Of a stretch of 12,435 bases of DNA, positions 1 to 9,588 are shown in pieces; position 1 is the first letter of the stretch; each line of letters starts with the position of its first letter. The DNA is from Octopus sinensis (taxonomy: Eukaryota). Position numbers and translations under genes: made by a program. Under the pieces are notes generated by a model that was not told where the DNA came from, did not search any database, and saw only the letters and a program-made list of their open reading frames with translations. The stretch is from the NCBI RefSeq assembly GCF_006345805.1, contig NW_021826666.1, positions 1-12,435 of the forward strand, read 5' to 3'.

Positions 1-558
1 CACCAGCACCCCACACCAACCAAATGGTATCGAATTACAAAAGGACAAACTTCCCAAGGCGAAAGCTTTGGAAGTGGGCCCGTTTTCTATTTTGTGATTT
101 GCATAAGACTGGGAGGTACAAGTGGGCCTAAGGGGAAGACTTGTCTTTCCATAGGAGATAGTAGTCACATTACTCTCACCAGACATGTTCCTGCCCTTCG
201 GGAATACAAAAACTATTATTGTGGTAGTACTCACAGTGCCCAAGGAGGACAAACTCAATATTTCCCACCACCAAGTAAAAAAAAATCGAAATATCAGTAT
301 TTAGTCGACAAGGCCCTTTTCAAGAGCTGGCATACGGCCTCATTCCCCCTTGAAGTCAGCTCATTCCCCTTTGAAATATGGAACTTAGATAACTGAAGAA
401 AGTCATCAAGGAGTAGGCATGGCAGTTGAAACTAGCTCAGGATGGCTATGGAGGATAAGAGGCCGAAAGTGCAACCCTTCAGTAGATGAAGACGAGTTCA
501 GTTCTCGCTCCTCTACTCAGGATAAGCGTACAGGTTAAAGGGCGAAACACTGACGATA
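1..558 (+). mobile_element. 3' end of a decayed HERO-like (RLE-type) non-LTR retrotransposon: endonuclease domain plus 3' UTR
   Basis: Frame +2 reads A*DWEVQVGLRGRLVFP*EIVVTLLSPDMFLPFGNTKTIIVVVLTVPKED (PD at 179-184). After a frameshift in the A-run near 277-285 it reads KKSKYQYLVDKALFKSWHTASFPLEV, then AVETSSGWLWRIR (422-460). This fits the HERO-type RLE pattern DW..VDL...FP..I..T.LRPD....ELTVPWE...K..KY....W....P.EVG...AE..S.WLW.KR. It carries stops, frameshifts and E->V at the ELTVP motif. Confidence 0.85.
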
Positions 559-559
559 C

Positions 560-631
560 GGATGGATGGATGGATGGATGGATGGATGGATTGATGGATG
601 GATGGATGGAGGGAGGAATGGATGGATGGAT
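560..631. repeat. (GGAT)n microsatellite
   Basis: Direct tetranucleotide repeat with a few interruptions, immediately after the HERO-like 3' UTR. Confidence 0.95.
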
Positions 632-824
632 ATATGCATGTATATGTGTGGTATAGTTTGTTAATGTTATTTATGTATACATTATGATACTATAGTCATT
701 GATATGTGTGTAGATGACGAAGGGGGAGGAGGAGGAGGGGGAGGACTTGCTCTGAGGCTGTTGCAGAATGAAGTACAGTTTATTTTCCCACTTTTACAAT
801 GTAAAAGAGACATTGCTGCTGATA

Positions 825-1150
825 TGGTCTAGCTCCAAGTCAGTCGTCCTTGAACAAACGTAGTTCGTACTTTTCACCGCAACTGACGAACCGTTGGTTA
901 CGGATTTACAACGGACCAATTACTGGTTCACAAGATTTCTAGAGGCTGAGGGGAAGTGAGCTAAGCAAGAATGCGCGAACCCCAAATTAAAAGAAACATG
1001 ATCAAATATATATCCCAGTCTTGATCAACTAGTTTTTTTTTATATTCCGAATTACGTTGTCCATTATGTCCCTTTTTAAAAACTAACGTGTTAGGGTAAA
1101 ATATGAAGAATTTTGGCTATTATTTTTAGCAGTTCTAGCAAACCGTATAG
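825..1150. mobile_element. Degenerate interspersed repeat (probable SINE tail), same family as 3990-4155 in opposite orientation
   Basis: 1087-1130 (gtgttagggtaaaatatgaagaattttggctattatttttagc) aligns by eye with the reverse complement of 3995-4037 (gatggtagagtatgatctgaagatttgcctactataatttgc). 826-850 resembles the reverse complement of 4125-4150. Confidence 0.45.
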
Positions 1151-1369
1151 TGGTACCATTTGTAGCTTTTGAAAATGATGTTGCCTGTGAGAGGGTCAAA
1201 TTGTCTTAAGTACCCGCCTACCTATTGTAATGAATTAGTAAATATTTATTCAATTGTTTTGAACAAAATAGTCGAGAGCATTTATAATTAATCGGGTTCA
1301 AATTATGTAATTAACCTTAAAACACAATTACATGGCCTGGCATTGATCTCAACTCCACCGCGGATTAAG

Positions 1370-1415
1370 CTGTTGTTGTTGTCGTTGCTGCTGCTGCTGC
1401 TGTTGTTGTTGTTGT

Positions 1416-1476
<61 letters not shown>

Positions 1477-1497
1477 GAGAGGAGGAGGAGGAGGAGG
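1370..1497. repeat. Compound trinucleotide microsatellite (GTT)n(GCT)n(GTT)n(GAT)n(GGA)n
   Basis: Seen directly; the pure (GAT)n run is at about 1416-1473. Confidence 0.95.
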
Positions 1498-1683
1498 TCA
1501 ATGGTAAGGGATAGTAGAAGAAAGAATTGTGCTATGCATGATCACAATATCTGGGACAGAAAAAAGTCTGAGTAGATAAAGTATGACGAAAAGAAACTTC
1601 CTTAAAAACAAAATATTTCTTTTATATTTCCACAGAGAAGCTGGCAAATCAAAGCAAAACCCTAATCACTAAGAAAATACATG

Positions 1684-1746
1684 TATGCATACATACATAC
1701 ATACATACATACATACATACATACATACATACATACATACATACAT
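1684..1746. repeat. (ATAC)n microsatellite, likely the 3' tail of the adjacent RTE LINE
   Basis: Pure repeat; reads (TATG)n on the minus strand about 55 nt after the LINE ORF stop. Confidence 0.9.
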
Positions 1747-3400
1747 GGGGGAAATCAGCTTGTGTCCGAGAACCACTATTTCCTGGAAATCGACTGTAAA
1801 TTTTAGCATAAATTTATTTGTTGATGATCACTTCTGAGATGGATCTTTAGTTCAGCCAGGCAGCTCGTGTTACATGTTGTGTATTCCGTCTATTTCGACG
1901 GACTTTCTTTAGGTGACATGCTTTAAGATGGCATTTTAACCCACCCTCACAACAACATGCTTTGCTACGTAGGTCACATGGAAAATCAGCTGAAGTATTA
2001 TATTGTTTTCAGCACTAAGTGTAACTTAGCTTTGCAATTCTGTTTTTAAAAGCATACACGATCGCAGCCCTTGCATTGCAGGGACTATTTAGAGTTCCCA
2101 CCTCTCTGTAACATCCATAGGTATCGCAGCATGCCTCAGCTGAGTATAAGCTGTGCATTTAGTCTCAAACTCTTCAATACTATTGGCAATCAGATATACT
2201 CACAGGCGCCTGTTCTGTCTATGACCTTGCCAGCTTTTGATACCAATACTGGTTTTCTTCTTTGCATCTTTTATATAGTCTTTATATTTCTTCTTTGACT
2301 TACATTACAGGCACTCTTCTTCATTCAGCTCACATATAGTACCTATTTTGGCAAAAGGCAATCCGACGGGCGTACAACATGATCACACTGCCAAAACCGT
2401 TTCATAACACTTGACAAATGAGTTTGTATCACTTCCGTATTTCGTACAAAGGATTTCCAAGAGATTCTCGCAGTGTCGCCATATTCTACAACAAAACTGT
2501 CAGTCAATGCTGTATGTTGGTCACAGTGTGTGAACCAGATCGCAGCGTTTTGCATATAGAAATTTCTCTAATCTGAGAACTGAAGTTATTTGTTGGCTCA
2601 AGAAATCGGTGGATGTTAAACGGTTTTCCTGTTGTTCGATATCTTATATAAATGCCAGTGTTGTTATCAGCAAATGTTTTATTTATCACCACTGCAAAAA
2701 CATGACAAAGAAGGTGGGAGAAAATAGAACACTAACTAGTTCAAACAGTTCTGCGCTATAGCAAACCTATGCTTACATGTTTTCTTGCAAGGATCGAATG
2801 AGATTCACAAAGTATTCAAGACAAACCAACTTGAAGAATGTTCTTGAAAAAGCCACCGTGTTGTGTCGATTGTTTTTGTGAGATCCATAAAACATTATTA
2901 AAAGTCCAGTCGTTGATTTTTGTACTTCCTCTGAATTTAATGTGCCATGAATATCGTGTCTATTGACCCACGATTAGCATAAAACTATTCTGTGATTCTG
3001 GGAAAACAGCAGGATCCAGTATCAAAGATGCTCTGGTAGTCTGATGGGCGAACTTTTTTTATCTGCATTGATTTGTAAATATACAGTTGTATTGCGTAAT
3101 GCATAGTACGCATATTAGTGCAGACATGTACACATACTTTATTACACACTGAAATGATTATTACATAGAGAAGGCTGCGAAACGGCCGTAATCCTAAGGA
3201 TGACAAGTGGTTAAATAAATACATTCACCTGTCATACCTCTTAATTTTCTCTGGTTTGTATACTCCTCAAAAAATAATTTCATCGATCGGATCTACTGGA
3301 TTTCAGCGCATGGAACTCTACATTATACTCCTCTGTATGGGCTGATTACGTGGTCTGTTAGCCGAATCCACAAGAGAAGCTTACTGTGATAGGAATTCGA
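1747..3400 (-). mobile_element. Decayed, 5'-truncated, internally deleted RTE-clade (BovB-like) LINE; reverse transcriptase pseudogene
   Basis: Minus-strand motifs in the expected order: TEEYNVEFHALKS (~3300-3340), VFPESQNSF (~2980-3007), NRGSIDTIFMA, QRKYKNQRLDF**CFMDLTKTIDT (~2863-2935), VLFSPTFF, GIYIRYRTTGKPFNIHRF (~2600-2656), IRE/FLYAKRCDLV (decayed YADD, ~2530-2572), ISWKSFVRNTEVI, WQCDHVVRPSDCLLPK*VLY, KKKYKD, then zinc fingers and a stop at 1803-1805. The end of the RT core and the following segment are missing near 2470-2490. Confidence 0.9.
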
Positions 3401-3429
3401 GTCTATGAATCCATATTTACATTCCAAAT

Positions 3430-3843
3430 GTATACATGCATGTGTGTGTATGTATAATTTGTATGTATGCATGTGTGTATGTATGTATGTACATATATAT
3501 ATGTATATCTATATGTACATATATATATATATATCTTTCTATCTATTTGTCTGTGTATGTATGTATATATATATATATATGTATATGGTGTGTGTGTGTG
3601 TGTGCATGTATGTGTATATATCTATGTGCATGTATGCATGTGTGTAATGGGTTTAGGAGTGTATGTATGTGTCAGAGAGAGAGAGAGGGGGGAGGGAAGA
3701 GATAAACAGAGATTCTAGTGTCTTTCGAAATATTGTGGAAGGTGAGCTGATTAGGAAAGTGTGTGTGTGTTTGTGTGTGTGTGCATGTTTGTGTGTGCAT
3801 GTTTGTGTGTGCATATTTGTGTGTGCATGTGTGTATGTATGTA
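3430..3843. repeat. Compound (TG)/(TA)/(TATG)/(GA) microsatellite region
   Basis: Seen directly; two low-complexity blocks separated by about 70 nt of unique sequence. Confidence 0.9.
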
Positions 3844-3989
3844 ACTTTTCTAATCAATTTTTCTTCGTTCGGCATCATTCCTAATAGACATCATGGAACA
3901 ATAGATGTCGACACTTAGAAATTACATGCCTAACAGACTTGATCATATACACTCAAACGAAAGGAGAAGCCTTTATGTGTGTGAGTGGT

Positions 3990-4155
3990 TAAGAAGCAAA
4001 TTATAGTAGGCAAATCTTCAGATCATACTCTACCATCTTTAACAGAAGACATTGGGTGACGCGGTCTTTGATTCGTGCACATCGGAAAATGACATAACAA
4101 AATCGGCTGGAACGCTTTGACTGTCATGGCTGGCCCTGAGCAAAACAACAACATG
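3990..4155. mobile_element. Degenerate interspersed repeat (probable SINE tail), inverted relative to 825-1150
   Basis: Within-window similarity to 825-1150 as described for that feature; ends in (CAA)n. Confidence 0.45.
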
Positions 4156-4544
4156 AACAACAACAGCTATTACGTTTCACATGCTACAATATGCTTTAGC
4201 TAGAAATAACTCTGCTTAAATTGGCAATTAAAGGGAATTAAGGTCAGAGTTTCCATGCGTTAATTAATTGCAACAATTACGTTCGACATGAATCGTATCA
4301 GAGTCACAACTGGCAGACTGTACTAGAGCTATATGGTACGTGTTCGTTCTGTATATACATATGTATATACATATTTCAGTGCTTTTTAGTAACCAAACTC
4401 ACTATAGCAATGAAAGAAAGCTTCAGCTTCAAGTGAACACGAATTCCAGCTTCGAAATCGGTACTTCTTTTCGTATGTAAATATTCACATGTGCGTGCGT
4501 GCGTGCATGCATGCGCGCGTACGTATAAATATCTATCTTTGCAC

Positions 4545-5297
4545 GCATATACACAAATACAAACACACATCCAACCATCCATCCAACCATACATCCATAC
4601 ATCCATCCATCCATACATGCATACATACATGCATACATGCATACATACATACATACATAAACAAACATACATACATACATACAGACTTCATACAAACATT
4701 ACATACATACATCCATACATACATACATACATCATGCATGCAGCATGCATACATACATAATACATACATAACATACATACCGACATACATACATACATAC
4801 AAACATACATTACATACATACATACTTACATACAAACATACATACATACATCCATACATACATACATACATACATGCATACATACATACATACATACTAC
4901 ATACATACATACATACATACCTACATGCATGAATGCATGCATACATTACATACATACATACTACATACATACATACATACATACATACATACAAACATAC
5001 ATACATTACATTACAGACTTACATACAAACATACATACCTACATACATACTTACATACAAACAACATACATACATCCATACATACAGACATACATACATG
5101 CATAATACAGACATACATAATACATACTACATACATAATCCATACCATACATACATGCATGCAGCATACATACATACATCATACATACATACATACATAC
5201 ATTACATACATACATACATACATACATACACTACATGCATGCATGCAGCATACATCATACATACATACATACATACATACATACATACATACATACA

Positions 5298-5327
<30 letters not shown>
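4545..5327. repeat. Long imperfect (CATA)n array with (CATC)n and (CATG)n variants
   Basis: About 780 bp of tetranucleotide repeat; the purest part is about 5256-5326, next to the R4/Dong element. Confidence 0.95.
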
Positions 5328-5328
<1 letters not shown>

Positions 5329-5330
5329 GT

Positions 5331-7003
5331 ATTATTACCGATAGAATACAGTATCCCAAAGGCACATTCCAAGGAAGTAGCCTCTCTGTGATGTTTATAC
5401 TCTCTGTAAGCCCCTTGTCATTCATATTAAGGAAGTCTGATGAATATCTCACTGGTTCACAAGGAAATAGAAATACCAAAATTACGCACTGTTTCTTTGT
5501 GGATGACTTAAAATTTTAGGCAAAGAATATATATGTGATGAAAAAGAGCCTTGACCTAGTTACAACATTCTCAAAGTATGTAGGGTTGGAGTTTGGTCAG
5601 GATAAACGTTGTTATATTGTTGTGAAAAGGGGGAAAACTATAAACCAGATTTGTAACATCTCCATCAAGGATTTGACTATTTCCCCTGTATCTGACGAAG
5701 AATGTTACAGGTATCTAGCGGTGGATGAAAACATATCTTACAATGGCACCTGTAACAAAACACGTCTCACTAAAGAATATTATAGCCGAATAAAGAAAAT
5801 TTGGACCTCAGAACTCTCTGCATTTAATAAAAGATTGGCCCACAATGTGTTTGCAGTGCCAGTACTCATACCAACATTTTAACTACCAAGTGTTGGAGTG
5901 CATCCCTTGACCAAGTTTGCATACATGAGGCTGATAACATCATAAGACTTGGAAGGCAGTTACTTGGGCAACACTCTTCGTCTGATAACCTAGATTACAT
6001 GCCCAAAGAAGTCGTACAATTCTAACGCAACGTATCATCAGATGAAAGAATGAGCCTATTATGCATGACTAAGTTAGCAGAAAGCTCTGTGATAATAGTA
6101 ACATCGAGCACCAAAGCAGTTTATCATGGACCAATAGCCGGATTACTACCTCCCACTTTGAAGGGTATACGTTTGCAATCTAGGAACAGGAAATATCAAC
6201 TAATCACCTGATGCACAAAAAGGATAGAGATGCAGGAAAAGCAGTAAAATATCATAACTGATGTGGACTTTGTCGAGTTCACACTGAAGATATTACCCAC
6301 ATCATAAGCAGTTGTCCGAAAATGTCATCACGGTATTATCTACCGATGAGACATGATGTTATATCTAGGACACTATAATGAAATCCGTCGGAAGGATAAT
6401 CCCGAGGACAAAGAAATAAGAACCCACAATATGGTAGAAGCCATAGCCACTCATAATAAAAAGGAATACTGGTGAAATGTCCCAGTGAAGACCTCAGTAA
6501 AAAGGTAAGCGCAATAGACTTGATATAATGACTTGGGATAGAGAAGAGAAACTGTGCACAGTTGCGGAAATTAGCTGTCCAGCAGAGGTTAACATAAAGC
6601 TGAAGATTAGTGGAAAATAGAACCCCTATGGTGAACAAGTTTAGATTTATACCTGTAATTATTGAGGCCCTGGGATACGTAACATATTGCCTGAATACCA
6701 ATCTTGAGAAATTAGGCTTCTCAAAACCAGAAAGGAGAAAGCTGATTGGAAGACTACTGATTCAAGACATCACTGGAACTGTAATAATCTGTAAAACTTA
6801 CCGGAAGTGTATCATTTAAATATATATGAGCATGTCTAGACATGCAATTATATGCATGAGAATACATACATAAAACATACAAATCTGAACATGCATACAA
6901 TAGCCTGTTGTTGATGTTGAAATTCCAATGAAGGAGCCTTTGATCTAGGTTAGAAACCGGTACTTTCTCTATTAGCAAGAAAATTTTAATAAACTGAATA
7001 ATG
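5331..7003 (+). mobile_element. 5'-truncated R4/Dong-clade RLE non-LTR retrotransposon (RT C-terminal half, CCHC knuckle, RLE, 3' UTR); pseudogenised
   Basis: KGTFQGSSLS, ITHCFFVDDLKF* (RT catalytic DD), FSKYVGLEFGQDK, YRYLAVDE, EYYSRIKKIWTSELSAFNK, FAVPVLIPTF. Then FEGYTFAI*EQEIST, CGLCRVHTEDITHIISSC (C-x2-C-x8-H-x4-C, 6262-6315), RHD, NRLDIMTWDREEKLCTVAEISCP (RLE RPD..E motif with P->L, from 6513) and IPVIIEALG...ITGTVIICKT, with a stop at 6817-6819. The 3' UTR has AATAAA at 6988-6993. Confidence 0.92.
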
Positions 7004-7100
7004 ACATACATACATACATTCATATATACATACACATATATGTGTGAGGGTGTGGGTGCGCGTGTGCGCGTGTGTGTGTGTGTGTATGTATATATATATA
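7004..7100. repeat. (CATA)n followed by (TG)/(CG)/(TA) microsatellite
   Basis: Seen directly. Confidence 0.9.
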
Positions 7101-7199
7101 AATTTTACATATTTGTTTTGCAAGATTCTTGATGTGAAATTGTGTGTTGAAACAGAGATCCTATAAAACAAATCGAGTAGCGGGTGATACTATGCGAGA

Positions 7200-7910
7200 A
7201 GTTTACAGTTTACAGTTCAGTGCACAGCAGGTTTGTCACTTTCTGTGACAGGCTTAATCACTGCCAACGATGATAGAGCACTGGACTTGCTCCCAGAGAA
7301 TAGAAAGAAAACAGTAACTATTGTATGCAATCAGTAGGTAACAAGGGTAAAAGGCGGCGAGCTGGCAGAAGCGTTAGCACGCCGGGCGAAATGCTTAGCG
7401 AAATGCTTATTTCGTCTGCCGCTACGTTCTGAGTTCAAATTCCGCCGAGGTCGACTTTGCCTTTCATCCTTTCGGGGTCGATTAAATAAGTACCTGTTAC
7501 GCACTGGGGTCAATATAATCGACTTAATCCGTTTGTCTGTCCTTGTTTGTCCTCTCTGTGTTTAGCCCCTTGTGGGTAGTAAAGAAATAGGTAACAAGGG
7601 TCAGAGAATATCTGAAGAAATCAACCAAGAAATATTGATCTAGATCTGCTGGAAAACAGAAGCACACCTCAATTCATCTGAAATAGAACTGGATAAAGTG
7701 TACAAGGAGACACTAGAAGCGCACATTAATTCCAAAACTGATGAACTTGACAACTTTTCCAATGAGAACAAGCATGCTGTTGCATGGGGAGTTCTGTAGG
7801 AACTTAACAACAATGGACCTTCTTCAGTAACTTTCTTTAATAACCTATATTCTAGAAGAAACCACTGACTAACCTTGAAATGCCTGGTTAAACACTTCAG
7901 ATCGCAATAT
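7200..7910 (+). mobile_element. Probable old LINE (RTE-like) endonuclease-RT linker fragment, interrupted by a SINE
   Basis: Broken frames LITANDDRALDLLPENRKK / VTRVREYLKK / ELDKVYKETLEAHINSKTDELDNFSNENKHAVAWGVL*EL / KHFRS resemble the helical linker (..AW..VNE..G....W..HF) of APE-type LINE ORF2. No catalytic motif is visible. Confidence 0.45.
7353..7593 (+). mobile_element. Full-length tRNA-derived SINE (octopus OK/OR-type), flanked by a 14-bp TSD
   Basis: Pol III A-box-like TGGCAGAAGCG (from 7363) and B-box GTTCAAATTCC (7433-7443); central GCCTTTCATCCTTTCGGGGTCGAT..ATAAGTACC block; TSD TAGGTAACAAGGGT at 7335-7348 and 7588-7601. About 15 substitutions plus one indel versus the copy at 11866-12100. 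Confidence 0.95.
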
Positions 7911-8179
7911 TAAAATTGAATATAAAAGCATCAAAAAGTCCTAAATATTTATAAACTATAAGAAACCATGTTTAGCTATCGTCTTAGCTATCATCTGGAA
8001 AATCCCCTCTTCTACAAGCATTTATTCAACAACTGTAACGAGACGAGTAGCATTGGTGTTAGCAGTCAAGTGCCCCAAGATCCTCTTATTCTAAGCTACA
8101 TTTTCATGTACCCTCCCGATATGGCATTTCCATAATCTGGACTTATTTCTCAGATTAAATCATGCCCAAATTTCTACGC

Positions 8180-8590
8180 ACTAAAACAGCAATGCAATGA
8201 GAATCAACACGATATAGATAGCGAAAAAGTATGGTTAAGACTTTTATATCTAAAATGTACTAAAGACTAGAAGGTTCGAGTTGAGTTGCACAAAGCGCCA
8301 TTGCATTCATATTATATTGCAATAGCGAAACAAAAATCAGGTCGTATGGTTTAGTCTGACTTGTGAACTTGATGCTGCCTAAGAAAGACGGTATGGAGAG
8401 TGCATGTGAAGAGCAAGTCCTAAAATATAAACGTCATAAGGGTTACTGCAATGTACGATACTGGCAGTGTATAGGGTTTTCATTAGAAGTATAGAAGTTT
8501 GATGTGATATTGTAACAAGATCCACTACGTTCTACCCGATGATATTGGTCTCAAGAAGTACTGTAGAGTAGTGGTTCATGAAACGGAGAT
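8180..8590 (+). mobile_element. Second, older HERO-like RLE domain relic
   Basis: Reads KD*KVRVELHK...IAIAKQKSGRMV*S, then after a frameshift LMLPKKDGMESACEEQVLKYKRHKGYCNVRYWQCIGFSLEV (to 8491). This is collinear with DWEVQVGL...LTVPKED...KYQYLV...W....FPLEV of the element at 1-558. Confidence 0.6.
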
Positions 8591-8603
8591 GAAATCAGTA
8601 AAT

Positions 8604-9120
8604 ACTACCCAACCACATAGCTCAGGGTTCAGTCCTACTACGTGGCATCTTGGGCAAATGTGTTCTACGATAGCCTTGGGCCGAACAAAGCCTTGTGAGT
8701 GGGTTTGGTAGGCGGAAACTGAAAGAAACCCGTCGTGTATACATACATACATACATACATACATACATACATACATACATACATACATACATACACACAC
8801 ACATACATATATATATGTATACATACATATATATATGTATACATACATACATACATACATACATACATACATAAATACATACATACATACATAACATACA
8901 TACATACACACACACACATACATATATATATGTATACATACATATATATATGTATACATACATACATACATGCATACATAAAAGGACCGACAGAATAAGT
9001 ACCAAGCTTAAAATAGAAATAGGGGATGGGGGTCGATTCGTTCTTCAATGCGGTACCCCAGCATGGGCCGCAGTCTAATGACTCAAACAAGTTAAAGATA
9101 AAAAGATAAAAAAGAAAGAT
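8604..9120 (+). mobile_element. tRNA-derived SINE (5'-degraded) with an expanded internal microsatellite
   Basis: B-box-like GGTTCAGTCC (~8625-8634); body to 8735; microsatellite 8736-8980. The 3' part has AATAAGTACC and GGGGTCGAT (shared with the SINE at 7353) and an (AAAGATA)-type tail. Joining the two halves rests on my recollection of the octopus SINE consensus. Confidence 0.75.
8736..8980. repeat. (ATAC)n/(AT)n microsatellite with a duplicated higher-order block
   Basis: The 20-mer ACATACATATATATATGTAT occurs twice in tandem at 8801-8840 and twice again at about 8916-8955. Confidence 0.9.
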
Positions 9121-9448
9121 ACATATGACAGAGTCATATGTGAAAAAGACCAAAGCTTGTAGCGAGGAACAAATCCCCAGCGAACAGTAAAATAAATAGT
9201 TGCTGCACATTTGGAGTGATTGCAGCTTCCGCCCAGTTCGCTATGGAAACTGTATGGATAACAGAAAGAAAATGCGTGCTACAGCGTGAGCCAAGACAAT
9301 CCGAAATCCCCTGAGAATGGGAATGTTGCTTGGCATCGTTCGTGGAAGCAATATGGCCGGACGGTGCTGAAATCTTTGCGATCTCCAGTCGACAGCTGAT
9401 GATTGATAATGGGAATGTCTCACATTAAACCTGCATGCTAAATTAAAT

Positions 9449-9588
9449 GTCTGTGTGTACGTGTACGAGTGTGTGTATGTGTACGAGTGTGTGTACGTGT
9501 ATATTACATATATATATATATATATATATGTATATATGAATAGATATATACGAATAATATATATACATATATTATTCGTATATGTATT
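9449..9588. repeat. (TG)/(TA) low-complexity repeat
   Basis: Seen directly. Confidence 0.85.

Noticed and set aside
340-376. Tandem near-duplicate CTCATTCCCC(C/T)TTGAA
   Set aside because: A local duplication at a deletion scar in a dead element; two copies only, not an array or CRISPR.
541-558. Hammerhead-like words CGAAAC and CTGACGA in the HERO 3' UTR
   Set aside because: They are separated by a single base, so stems I and III and the cleavage triplet cannot form.
722-745. G-rich (GGA)n tract, possible G-quadruplex
   Set aside because: Mostly two-G runs; an ordinary simple repeat.
884-920. CTGACGA followed by a CCGTTG/CAACGG hairpin (possible hammerhead stem II)
   Set aside because: No GAAA follows the stem and no supporting stems I or III are present.
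3405-5391. Many 60-157 aa ORFs rich in MYVC/HTYI (also at 8576-9210 and 10197-11769)
   Set aside because: They are translations of stop-free microsatellites, open in several frames and on both strands.
7353-7445. tRNA-like A/B boxes (also at 11713-11775)
   Set aside because: They are SINE heads that continue into SINE bodies; no canonical cloverleaf is evident.
9125-9435. Possible old LINE C-terminal fragment (…FAMETVWIT…)
   Set aside because: Only a vague resemblance to the LLYG.ETW region; cannot be supported without a search.
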